A stretch of 64,000 nucleotides of DNA, taken from NCBI GenBank assembly GCA_012026655.1, contig JAAILG010000458.1, positions 1 to 64,000 on the forward strand, given 5' to 3'. Shown piece after piece: positions 1 to 13,000 of the stretch. The notes beneath the pieces were generated by a model, which saw only the letters and a program-made list of their open reading frames with translations, searched no databases and was not told the DNA's origin. This DNA comes from Hydrolagus affinis. Its lineage: Eukaryota. The number at the start of each line of letters is the position of its first letter. Position 1 is the stretch's first letter. Both the position numbers and the translations under genes were made by a program.

Positions 1-135
1 GATGAATGCGTGGACGAGGGTTTCGGCAGCCTGAGGGGTGAGGCAGTGGCGGAGTCTGCCAACGTTGCGAAGGTGGTGGAAGGCAGTACTGGTCAAGGCG
101 CGGATGTGGGGGAGGAAGGACAGTTCAGCCTTGGA
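1..135 (-). mobile_element. L2-clade LINE fragment (cut by window edge)
   Basis: First ~50 nt nearly identical to 40678-40727 inside a longer L2 3' fragment. Confidence 0.65.
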
Positions 136-279
136 TGCTGATAACAGACATACACACTACCATACACACTCACACACATACACAATCACACAACCATACA
201 TGTCTCTCACTCACTCACTCACCGTCTCTCCCTCCCTCTCTCTCACTACCTCCCCTTCCTCCTCCCCCCCTCCTCCTCC

Positions 280-889
280 TCCTCTGCCTCTGGGAGGCGC
301 TGTGCCAAAGACAAGGAATAACGATGTGTTCTGTATGTGTGGTGCGCACGTGTGTGTGTGTGTGTGTGTGGACCAAAGACCAGCGCCGAGGCAGCTGCCT
401 TTACAGTGTCTCACCGGGAGGTGGCAGTGGTGGGCGGGCCCTCCTTCCCTCCCAGTCGGTCGGTCGCTCCTCCTTGGTGTGCGCGCGATGGACTCTGGGC
501 GATGTAGTCACTGGAAGGATTGCTAGGCACCGCCTGGCCCCGGGAGGAGACTACAAACCCCAGAGAGCTCCGGGGGGGGGGGGGTGAACACGAGATGCCA
601 GACTGTCAGCGCTGGCCTGAGCTCAGGAGAGGAGAGGCCATGGCGCTCACAGTATATTAACCTCCTCGGGCAGCAGTCGGCTTGACAGCGGCTCAGATCA
701 CACACCGGCTGTCCCGATACCTCAGCCTAAGATGTACACAGTGTGAGAGAGAGAGGGTGGGGGTGGGGGGGAATGTCTAGGAACCAGAGAGAGTGAACGT
801 GTGAGAGACTGAAAGAGAAAGCAGAGAGAGAGAGAGAGAGAAGGTGTGAGAGAGTGTGGTGGAGGAGGCTGGCCTGGGACCTGGAGACT
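280..889 (+). promoter_or_regulatory. CpG-rich putative promoter/5' region of SLC19A1
   Basis: CpG enrichment, GC box GGGCGG at 432-437, two ACTACAnnnCCCAG-like motifs (494-509 minus, 549-568 plus), just upstream of the first coding exon. Confidence 0.55.
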
Positions 890-1051
890 ATGGATCCCGA
901 GGTGCCGGACACACCGCAGCCGGCGACAGACTGCTGGAAATGCTCTGTCCTGTACCTCTGCTTCTACGGCTTCATGGCACAGATTAAACCAGCGGAGAGC
1001 TTCATCACCCCGTACCTACTGGGTCCGGACAAGAACTTCACCAAAGAGCAG
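890..1051 (+). CDS. SLC19A1: SLC19A1 coding exon 1 (MDPEVPD...KNFTKEQ)
   Basis: ATG at 890, donor CAG|gtgagg, 162 nt, phase 0. Confidence 0.92.
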
Positions 1052-4000
1052 GTGAGGAACGGGCAGCCAGAGATCGCAGCGGGAGGCGGGGAGAGGGACG
1101 TGAGCTCTGGGCTGGAGGTGAACGTGTGATGTTGTTCCATGCTCCTCACGCTCAGCTTCACGTTGATTCCTGGTGCTCTTTGCTCACTTGCTGTCTCTTA
1201 TCATTCTCGTCCCTGAGTCCAGGCTGACACTCCTGTGCGCTGTTTGGGGAGTTATTGTGTCCCCGGTGTTGGGGGAGGTGCTGTCCCTGGGACAGATGGA
1301 AAGCTGTCCCACTCCCACTCCCACTCCCTGCTCTTTCCCTATCATGTCTATGAAAGTATCTACCCCCACAGAGCTCTCTACTCTAACCCCATTCTCTTGC
1401 AATCTTTCCCCATCTTGTCTGTGCTGGTGCTTGCTCCCCACTGGAGCTCTCAACTCTAATCCAATTTCCCTGCTATTTCGGCCATCGTGTCTGCTGTGTA
1501 AGGTTCTCCCCCCTTTACCCATCTCTCTACAGTATTCTCACGCTGGTATTTCCCCCATTGTGTCCCTCGCTGGTACTCACCCCATCAGTGGAGCTTTGTG
1601 TTGTAATCCATTCCACTGCTCTTCCAGTTTTCAAAAACTAATCTATTTTAAGTATTGATCCAGTGACCATTAACTACTGTGATGGACTTGGGTTTAACAG
1701 GGGAAGGTGGTGACAAAATCCATATCCCAAATAAGTGTAAAAAGCCTTTCTTCTAAACACCAGTTTTTCCTGCTGGAGATAACCATCAGTGGATGTCCTA
1801 TGATTACTGAATTCATCAGCGAAAGTCTACTAGAGTTTTTGAGGGATTATTATTAGGTGTGTGGAGTAAGGAAACTTACCCAAGGTTTCACCCTGCCTGG
1901 AATTGAACCCAGGACTCTCGCTTGTAAAGGCGAGTGCTCTAACCACTGAGCTACAGGACTCCGAATCAACCAGTGCTGTTGGACTCCACGAGGATTCTAA
2001 TTGAGTTTTGAGTCAGCCTGGTTTGGAAACTCTTAAACATGGTCATGGTTTTCCATTCGTGTCCTGGGTGGTTTATAAAGTAATCCTTCCATTAGATACA
2101 GCGTATTTCACTTCAGGAGAATGTCACAAAGTGCTTCACGGGATATACAGTACTGTAAAGTGTTCTCAATGGCAAGCTATACAGTTTTCTGGTTAGACTC
2201 CAGTAATTCCCTCAACACACTCTGGACTCTCCAAGTCTACTAGAGAGAAATATCTTTGCTTCCAAACAGAGGATCCAATGTAAAATATAGATTGACACAT
2301 AGACAGACACACAGACTGACATTTTGACTTTATATTCAGCTGGGAGAGCTATTGTGGGAGGACTCACATCTACACTAACTGAAGGGGTTTACAGTGTGAT
2401 CCAGCAGGTCCACACGTTATTGCAAGGCAAAAAAAAACTGCCATATATTTGTTGCAGAATATATTAGTATAGGTAGATTTTTTTTTAGAAGGGTGTGTGG
2501 TTTCTTTAGGATGATGTGGCTGGGTTATGGGAAAGGTTTGCCAAATGTGCAGTCAAAGGAATAGGTTTATTGTAATAATGATAATAATAATCCTTGTATT
2601 TGATATAGGGCTTTTCATGTCTTCTAATCGTCTCAAATTGTTTCACAGGATATACTGTGCAGTGAATTGATTGTATATATGTGGCCAAAATGTGGCAGCC
2701 AATTGTGCACAGAAGTGTCCCACGTGGATTGAAATAACCAAATTATAATTTTTTTTGAGGGATTATTATTAGGTGCGTAAGGAAACTTATCCAAGGTTTC
2801 ACCCTGCCTGGAATTGAACCAAGGAATTTCGCTTGTAAGGCTCTAACCACTGAGCTACAGGACTCCAAATCAACCAGTGTTGTTGGACTCCACGAGGACT
2901 CCATGAGGTTCTGAGTCAGCCTGGTTTGGAAACTCTTAAACATGGTCATGGTTTTCGACTCTTGTCGTGGGTGATTTATAAAGTAATCTTTCCATTAGAT
3001 ACAGCGTATTTCACATCAGTAGAGTGTCACAAAGTGCTTAACAGGATATACTGTAAAGTGTTCTCAATGGCAAGCTATGCAGTTTTAGCTGGTTAGACTC
3101 CAGTAATTACCTGAACACACTCTGGACTCTCCAAGCCTTGGCTTTTACCAGTCTGTAACTCTCTGGAATTCGTTAAAGCAGGATACATCACTCCGGGGAG
3201 AGAGGCCACATTCTATTTGAATAAACACCGTGACAATTTTCAATCGTTTGTGGGTGGGGATGGGGTGTTGAGTTGGGTAAAGTGCTTGTGTGGGTGGGGT
3301 GAGGTGAGTGAAGGGCCGGGGGGGTGAGGTGGGAGAAGGGTGGTGGGGGGAGGGAGGTGAAGGGGGTTGTCTTTGGGTGAAGCACGGTGGTGAGGTGGGT
3401 GAATCACGCGGCTGGAGAGCTGGGTAAAGCACAGGGGGAAAGGTGGGTGAAACGTAGGGGGGAGAGGTGAGTGAGGAGTGAAATGGTAGTGGTTGAAGTG
3501 GGTGGGATAGTGGGTAAAGTGGTGTTGAAGTGTGGGGAGGGTGGGTGAAGTCCTTGAGCTTCAAGCTTTTTAAGAATTAAACAATTGAGGTTTTTAGAAT
3601 AGCAAGATTAAGGAGGGGAGAGAATTGAATGAAAGTTTTCAACCCTGAAATGGGTTACTAGTAAAATAATAATTCTTGTATTATGTCGTTGAGAACTGTC
3701 AAAGTGCTTCGCAGAATAATAATAATAATCCTTGTATTTGATATAAAGCTTTTCACATATTATCGACGTCTCAAAGTGCTTCACAGAATATACTGTAAAG
3801 TGAATTGACTGTATATTTGTGGTCGAAACGTAGCAGCCAATTGCGCACAGCAGTGTCCCACAAACAGTATTGGATTGAAATGACCAATTTTTATTATTGT
3901 GGGGTTTTTTGGATGGATTATTATTAGGCATATGGAGGAAGGAAACTTGCCCAAGGTTTCGCCCTGATCTGCCTAGATTTGAACACAGGTCTCATGCTTG

Positions 4001-7000
4001 TAAGGCAAGTGCTCTAACCACTGAACTACAGGAGCTGTAAAGGGAATTTTGTGGGTGAAACATGGCAGCCAATTGCACAGAAATAGAAATCACTGATAGT
4101 CAAGTAAAGATGGCATTCAGAGTAAAGGATTTTTACAGAGTTACTAGGATACAGATTTTCTCACCACAATGTCTGGTGTACCTGAGTCCATCACAACAAT
4201 TAGTGGTCCCTGAAATTAGTGGTCAAAAAGACGTTATAGGGAAAGAGCAGGGGAATGGATCAGAGTAGAGAGCCCTAATGTGGGAGAAAGGACTAACATG
4301 AAGGGCCACATTTTGTCATATTAATGTACTGGCCGAAGTTCAACAACATCGACCATTGTTGATGGGCAGGAGAGCTGCAGTTGCCAAGCGCCAGTCACAT
4401 CTCTGCAATGATTAACTTCGACTGTTTCTCAGTTCCTTACCTTCCATTCCAGTGTACTCAGGCCCTTAAATCTTGCTGACCATGCACAAGTAATCATGTC
4501 CATAGCCACCAACCATACAGGAGAAGCCAGTAGCTTGTGCCTTTATCTCCTGAAGTAGAGGAAAGGTCCCAGCTGTGCCTGTTCAGGAGAACTTAAAGGT
4601 TCCATTACACTGCTGGAAACCAGAAACAAGTTTCTCCCTGGATCCCAGATGACAATAACAACAAAATTACATCTGTATAATACCTTTCACATCGGTTGGA
4701 TGTCCCAAGGTGCTGGACATTCAGTGTTTCAGACCCAAGTTGGGGTCAGGATCGGGAAGGTGGAGGGAAGGGAAGTGGTGGGAGGGCGAGGAAGGGGGCG
4801 AGGCGGAAGCATTGCGGGATGGAATTCCAGTGTTTGGGGGCAGAGTGGTTGAAGGCTCGCCCGCCAATGGTGGGGTGGGTCGGCGGACATGGAGCGGGCT
4901 GGAACCCACTGAGTGGAGGGAGCGGACAGGTTGGTATGGGGTTTGGAGATCGCAGAGGTACGGTGGGGCCATGGATGGCTTTAAAGGTGAGGACCAGAAT
5001 CTTTAATTGAATCGTCTGAATGATGATTGGAGTCCACCGAGAAAGGGGGAAATGAGGTCATGGAGCTTGGTGTGCGAGAGTACATGGGCTGCAGAGTTCT
5101 GGATGATCTGAAGCCGATGGAAGGAGGGGTTGGGAAGACCGACAAGCAGGGCATTGCCATAATCGAGCCTGAACGCTCCTGTAGCTCAGTGGTTAGAGCA
5201 CTCGCCTTACAAGCATGAGACCTGTGTTCGAATCCAGGCAGATCAGGGCAAAACCTTGGGCAAGTTTTCTTACCCCACATGCCTAATAATAATCCCTAAA
5301 AAAAATTACAAAAATTGGCTGCCGTGTTTCGCCCACAAATATACAGTGAATTCACTTTACAGTATATTCTGTGAAGCACTTTGAGACGTCGATAAGATGT
5401 GAAAAGCAATATATCAAATGCAAGGATTATTATTATTATCCCCCAGATCAAATAGGTCACGCACTTCAAGGCGGTATATGGGACATTACTGTGCACAAAT
5501 TGACTGCCTCCTTTACCTACAAAATACAGTCGCTACACTTCACACTTCGATGTGTGTGTGTGTGTTTGCGAGTGAGTGCTTGTGTGTTTATATGCATACA
5601 TATAGTTATGACTGTCTTTCATATGTACACTTGAGACCAACAGATCACTCAACAATATGGAGCATCACAGCTGAGACTCCACCCCGTTTCCCTTTGACAA
5701 CCCGATGAGCGCATCTTCCAGCAAATGGGACCAGATGCTAGTTTTCTCTCAGGCCAGTTGGAGGCTGGGTGTGAGCAGCTGCTGTGCTGGTACCTTCCTG
5801 GTCTATACATCTCACCGGCCAGCATTAGTGCTACCTTTGTGGGAAGCATAATATACTTTATTAAGCTGCATATTTGACATGGTGCCTTATCCCGTTTTTG
5901 AGATGTCTCAAAGCACTTCATATAGTGTAACATCTAGTAACAGCGTATTTTGTGGGGAACGTGGCAATCAATTTGCACACAGCAGTAGGGCTTGAACCCA
6001 CAACCTTCAAACTCCAAAGTGAGGATGCTACCAAACTGATCCAGGCTGACACACACGCATGCATACAGTTTCCTCATTCACATTGTGGTAAGACTTTCAA
6101 TTAATTATCTCCTTATTGTTGAAAGATTAGATGGTTTCTGTAAATAATTGGACTATTTAGCTTTGTTTTGTTTAACTTCTGCACAACCTCCAAGGTCAGT
6201 CCTCCAGCGTGAGCCAAATGCACGCACTAGCTCAGTTTGTAGCTCTTTTGTCTCTTGGATAGAATGTTGAGGATTTAAGCCCCAATGACGGGACTTTGAG
6301 GTTACACAGTCTAGGCTGCCATTCCAGTGCAGTGCTGGGGGCGAGCTGTATTGTTACAAAATACTGAGGTCAAGCCTTGGTCCATCTTCCTGTTCAGATA
6401 GATGTTAAAGATAAAGGGAGTTTCTTCTGGTGTCCTGGCCACCTATCCCCCAGGTAAATTGATCTTTCAATCTGTGACTAACTGTTGCATATTGCTGTGT
6501 ACAAATTGGCTGTGCATCACTACAGTATATAGAAACTGCGCTTCACATATCTTATGAAGTGCTTTGAGATGTCTCATTGAAGTGGTAAGGCGCTTTATCA
6601 AAATCAAGAATTAAGTATAATTGGTACTAACTAATAAAGACAAAATGTCTGCTGGTGTGTCTGTCTGTCAACAAAGCTGTAACTGATTAACGTGAAGACA
6701 TGATTTATACCTTATCGGAAAGGTCTTGCAAGGTGGAGTGTCATATGCATAATTTTTTCTGGGATCTCCTAGTGTTCATGAGGTATATTAAAAAATGCTT
6801 TAATCAAGCCCCCAAATATGAGGTGTGCATTGTATTCTGTAGCCAAGTAGGGAGAGAGGAAATTACACACCCTTCTAGAGAGATACAGCTGCAGCACAGG
6901 GAAACCTCTATTTAGGACGGGGTTGCATTCCTGAAAAACGGTACTCAGATCGAAATGTCCTAAATCGAAACGCAGTTTCCCATGAAGGCCCATTATATAA

Positions 7001-10000
7001 CCCGAGATACGTTTTTTTCACAAAATGTTCGAACCTTAAACCCACTAAATAACACAAAAAGCACACAAAATAACACACATAAGCAAGAAGAGGTACTTGG
7101 AATAACTGTGCAGTATTGTACTTTAATACTGGCAAACTTTAATAAAGTCCTATAAAGTTTGATAATCTGCTTGCACCTGTAGCTGTAATGCACCTTGAAC
7201 TTGCCAGTATATTGTCCTTATTCTGTTTTATAGTAGCCACCGTCGATCTCGCTAGCTCTAAAGCCCTCCCGATGTCCGTACCTTTTTCGCAAGACTCGAT
7301 GCGCTTTATCATCTCCAACTTGGTATTTAAAGTGATGACTTTGCGGAGGTCTCTGGCCGCTAGCGGTATTACCGCCGCTCATTTCACTTACTGCTGTCTT
7401 TTCCCGACATGGTAGAAACGTGATAGAGGCTGTAAATCGCTTGAAGTTGCTCGGGAATGTTGGGAAATTACTGTAATACTGACATGATGTAGTGTCGCTT
7501 CAAAATCAGCTGGCTTTTAAAAAATGACGTAGTGACATGCCATTGGCCAGTTCAAACATTTGGATACACTATATCAGGTGCGAGTGTGATTTACCCGCGA
7601 ATACACTTATATACTGTGCATATGGACAAAAAAGACAAGTCAAATATGACTGCTATATACAATATGTACTGCGCACGCCCAAAAAAAGATTATTTTTTTC
7701 GGTAAAACAAAACCAAGTGTCCTATATCAATACAAAGGTGTTAAAAAATTAAGTTTGTTCAATCGATACAATGTAAATAGAAGCGTCCTAAGTCGGGGCT
7801 TACCTGTATAATAATACATTCTGCAACAATGTAGCATAGAGAAAAGCTATGACCTAAACAAACTCATCACACGTGTATGCACTGCAACAAGGAGTCATCC
7901 CAACCTGGAGTGCTCGCTTCCACTGAGACCTCCCAGCAGGAGTCCTCAAATTGAGTCCTCCCAACAGGAATTCTCCCACTCAGTTCTCATAAAAGGAGTC
8001 CTCCCACAGGAGTTCTCCCAAGCTGAGTAAAGGTAAAGACAAAATGGTTGTCTGTATCTGTATGTGTGTTAATCTATATTTCATATTGGATCCTTTGGTT
8101 GCAAGTGAAGCTGCTGCAAAGGGTTCAGCTAGTATATTATAAATGCAAGTTGTTTTTAGAGGAACGGATAGATAATGGGATAGATACCTGCACGCAAATA
8201 CACAGAGACTTGATATCCACAATTAGTGCAGATATGGAGCTCTATTATTGCTGTAAATAATCAGCCTCTGAGGCCGAGTTCCAGCTCCTGATCAGTGCCT
8301 TATTCATATGCCTGTTCTCTGTGGCTCTTTCATCTGTCAGCCTCTGTAAACAAGGTGACCAGGTTCACAGGGAGCCTTAACTCCTTGCCTCATGTATTGT
8401 TGTATATTTAATAATAAAAATAACAATCCTTGCATTTGATGCTTTGCATCTCATATCTGGAGGACATCTCAATTCACTTCACAATATTTGCTATGGACTT
8501 ATCTATAATACAGGTAGACCCGCTTAACAAAGGGGTTAGGGACTTTAAACCCTTCGTTGAGCGAAAATTTCATTAAGCGAGAGTTTAACTGTATTACTGT
8601 ATTTGGCCACAGCCAAAACGCCGCCCCGACCTGAGCCTCCCCGCTAAACTCAGTTTAGTTCCTAGCGGTTCCTAGCGCTAACATGTACAGGTTGAGCAGC
8701 CAAAAGTCCAGAGTTCTGGAATCCGGAATGTGACAAAAAATTGCAGGAATAAAAACGTCAATCCTACCTGCTCCAGGCCAGGTCTTCTTAGCCACCACAC
8801 TGAAATATCGCAACCTGGGCCCAGGCATTTCCGGACTCAGGACGCGCTTCTTTCTTCCTCCCCCTCCTCACTTTCTCTCTATCACGCTCCTCTTTCTCTC
8901 TATCCCCCCCCACCCCCCTCCTCTCTATCTCTCTATCCCCCCTCCCCTCTATTCCCCCCCCCCCCCATCTAAAATTACGATTATTGAAGCCATGAAGCAT
9001 CCTGCCGCTTAAGCTCCTCCATATGGGAGGGGCTGCACTGCTTAACTGAGGCACGCTAAAGACTGACTGTGTGTTGCTGGGACAACCAGAGAGAAGCTGC
9101 GCATGAGAAGCTGCGCACAAGAAGCCCGCGAGATTTACAGTGTGTGGTAAACATTCGTTATAGCGAAAGTAGCCTTTGTTAAGCAGAGGTACAAATAGAA
9201 ACCCTCGTTATAGTGAAGTTTTGGTAACCGGGTGTTTGGTAAGCGGGGTCTACCTGTATATAACATATATATATATATATATATATACAGTAATCCATCC
9301 CCAACTGCGTGGGATACGTTCCTGAAAACCCCCGTGGTTAGTAAAAACCGTGGTTGGCAAATATAAGACCTTATGGGAAAAATTGGGTTAGGGGGAACAC
9401 GGCCGCATTTACACTCGTCAGAGCTTAAGTAAGTTGCTTGTTCTTTTGCTAAACACAAATAAAATACACAATAACCTAACAAAAACAATAAATGTTCAAA
9501 TAACACAATAAAAAAGAATATCTGCTCTGGATCATCAATCATCGATGAGTGCGAGGGGGATGGATGTGGAGAAGGCAGTGTGATGGGTGACACCGAGAAG
9601 GGGGGGATGCGGAGAAGCGACATCGTGGCTGGTTGATGCAACTGGGTCATCAATGGTGGGCGGTTTCTTACGTAACCAAGCGTAATTAACGTTCACTTTT
9701 TTCTGGTTCTGGTCCTCCATCCAGATATTTATTAAATGCCTTCTCCATTTTTTCAAGCTTAGGGTCACTTGGCATAAACAACATTTTAGCACTTTTCAAA
9801 CAGTCACTCGCGATACTAGCCCTTATCGACACTTTTTTTTATGGTTCTAATGGCGGACTTGTTAACCCCCATTAGTCGTCCAACCGACGCTGCACTTTCA
9901 CCACGGGCAAGTCTATTAACGACATTAATTTCTATCTAAGGTTAGTACATTCCTTGCCCTTTTTGCAATTGATTCACCTTTACCACTGAGATTATGCTTG

Positions 10001-13000
10001 GGGTCATGATTAAGGGCTAAACAGATCAATAATTAAAGGCAGAATGGGTAGCAACAAGACGATGTTCGCACACACACAGTACCTGTAGATCCACGAGTGG
10101 AGCAAGACCACGCGTGGTAGTAAAGATGCTGAGAAGAGAGAAACGCGGAGCGGATGAATACACACTAACACGCGCACGCATGTTTGGAAGAGTGAAACTT
10201 GAAAATTAAAACGTGTATACGCAAAATTCACTTCCACAGTTGGCATAGCTGTGTACACTTGAAATCAGCGTATGTCAAGACCGCAATTGGGGTGGGGTTG
10301 CTGTATATACATAACCCTTTAATTTAATATAGCGCCTTTTCCCATATTCTAGACGTCTCAAAGCTTCACAGAATATACTGTAAAGTGAATTGACTGTATA
10401 TACTGTAAAGTAACTTGCTGTAAATTGACTTTGTATTTTTTGTCGGTGAAATCTGCCCTTTTTATTTGGTCACCCAGTGTCTTAAAATGCACAGAAACCA
10501 GTTGCTATGCTAAAGGAATCCAAAACTTTCTCACTCCCCGCTTAACTAATTCCGAAGAGTATTAGCTGCAAGTTGACAAAAGCTAAGGCTTGTGTGCATT
10601 GGGGTAACTGCAGGAATTTAACCAGCCAAAACCACATAGCTTAATAATAATCCTTATATTTGATATAGTGCCTTATGTTGTTGAGATGTCTCAAAGGCTA
10701 TATTGTAAATTGCAGTGCCCGTGTTATCTTGTGGGTGAAATGCCAGTTTGCCATTGAGAACAGTATCTGGCAAGGGTGCCATTATTTGTCCAGCTAGCCG
10801 ACCTGTTCGGGCTTGCAGGGTTAACAATGGCGGAGTAGGGAGTCTGCCTGGTCTGCAACAAACAGTGCATTGAAGTAAAGTGAACCTGCCTGGATCTGCA
10901 GTAAAAGCCTTGCCTCACGTATTGTTGTATATTTAATAATAAAAATAACAAACCTTGAATTTGTTGCATTGCATCTCATATCTGGAGTACATCTCAATGC
11001 ACTTCACAAGACTTGCTGTGGACTTGATGTAAAGTAACTTTGTGTTTTTGTTGGTGAAATCTGCCTTTTTTATTTAGTCACCCAGTGTCAAAATAGGCGC
11101 TGTTTACACCGTTTACTGGTTGTTTTTACGGGGAGTGATCAGAGCACTGAGTTGTGGAAATTTGCCACATGGATCGTATTGCTGGATATTTTTGAAGTCC
11201 TGCAGCTCAGGACAAGCGATTTCCTTTCTTATTCCACACGCCTAATAATAATCTCTCAAGAAAAAAACAACAGTAAATTAGTCATTTCAATCCATGACTG
11301 TTTGTGGGACACTGCTGTGTGCAAACGCCTGCCACATTTTGCCCACAAATATACAGTCAATTCGCTTTACAGTATATTCTGTGAAACGCTTTGAGACATA
11401 TAGAAGACATGAAAAGCGCTATAATCAAATGCAGGGGTGGTTTATATTTCAGTTCAATATACTGAAAGCAGAGAGCAGTGGAGACTATCAAAGAGGCTAG
11501 ACTCAGGCAGAGATGAAAAGGGAGAGTGAAGATTGGTGTGAAGATTTGTTTGTTTTTAATCTGGAATGATCTCCAGCCATAGAAAGGTTGAGATCCTTGA
11601 GTTTATTTTTCCCCAACAATATATTCTGAGAAGCGGTTTGAGTTGTGTTAACATGATTCATAAGTGCTTTTTGGTGGTATTGATCAGATATTCATATGCG
11701 ATGGAGGTATTGAATCGGATACCGCTGAAGATTCCTTAACTATTGAAACCAATAAGAGTTGCAATCGATTCAGCTTCTTATCAGGGTGAATTTTTTTTTA
11801 AATTACTTTTCAGTGTAGTGACTGACAGGTCGGCAAACACTGAGCAGTGTTTGCAATGTCCCACAGACGGAGATTGAGAGCTTCCTGGTCCTCTCGCAAA
11901 TACTGACCTGGTACAACATTGATAAGAATAACAATCCTTGCTCCAACACCTACAACAACTAAACATCTTGGAGAGCTTCACAGATAATTGCTATCAAGTG
12001 TAGTGACTAATTTGTAAACATACAAAGCGGCCAATTTGCACACACTAATGTCCATGAACAGCTGTGTGAGGGGTGGGTGGTTGGGTGGGTGGGAGGTGGA
12101 GTGTAAAGCAACGTATGCACCCTGTTTGTGATCATTGCCCTAATGGGGAAGAGGTGGTGGAGGAGGAGTGGAGAGATGAAATGCTGAAACGATAGTAGAG
12201 TGAGGAAAGGGAGGCAATGGGGGAGATTCAGGAATGAGGACAGAGCTCCAGCCACTGACTTGACACAGTGGCAAGAGCGACTAGACTAGGCTACTAGAAG
12301 GTGTCCTATACCAGCGGGGACCATCACCATTTCAGGGGGACGGTGAACAAAGAGGTCTATGAAGTTATGAAGATTGTCAGGATGAAGTGAGTCTGATCCC
12401 CCTGGTGGAGGGGCCGTGTTTGTCAGTGGGGCTGTTGGAGTGGCCTCTGAATATGGCAACAATGGAATGATTAATAACAGATTGTGAAAGCCACTGTTGA
12501 CTGGGAGCCAATGCTGACTCAGCAACCTGGTGAAATAGTAACAGGATTTACACTGATGTTGCAAGGTGAAAGGTTGCATTCCTGACCATTTCCTCACAAC
12601 CTATATTTTCTTTGATCTTTGAACTGATGCTGCACCTGCCACGTGCAGCACTATGATACACCTCCACATTAAGCTCTCTTGGACATCTATTTCAAAGCTG
12701 AAGAAGCCCAACTGATCACACGATCGGTTTGGATAGCATAGGGCCTCAGTCACGTCAACCACTCCTTGCCTACGGAACTGTTTCCACCCTATTATAAACA
12801 GCTCTCACCACCCCCATCCAAGGACCCTAAACAAGTTGTTGGTTCCCAGCTTGACTCCTTCCTCTGCCACCACTCCCTCTACGGACCCTCCAATTGAGTT
12901 TCCGTTTAGCCCACAGCACAGTAACACAACCTTAGTCGAGGTGACAGATGACATTTTGAACATCTCTGACCAGGGCTCCCTCTGTGTTCCTTTTTGCCCA

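Noticed and set aside
38-587. 150-162 aa ORFs upstream of SLC19A1
   Set aside because: Built from an L2 fragment, (CA)n/(GT)n and CCT repeats; no domain-like content
1889-1962. tRNA-Val(TAC)-like cloverleafs here and at 5175, 14275, 29191 and 57999
   Set aside because: Each continues into SINE body sequence and carries stem mismatches or indels; these are SINE heads, not tRNA genes
3250-3545. G-rich tract with G-quadruplex potential, and ORF 3145-3564
   Set aside because: Low-complexity GT/GA sequence; similar tracts recur across the window with no specific evidence of function
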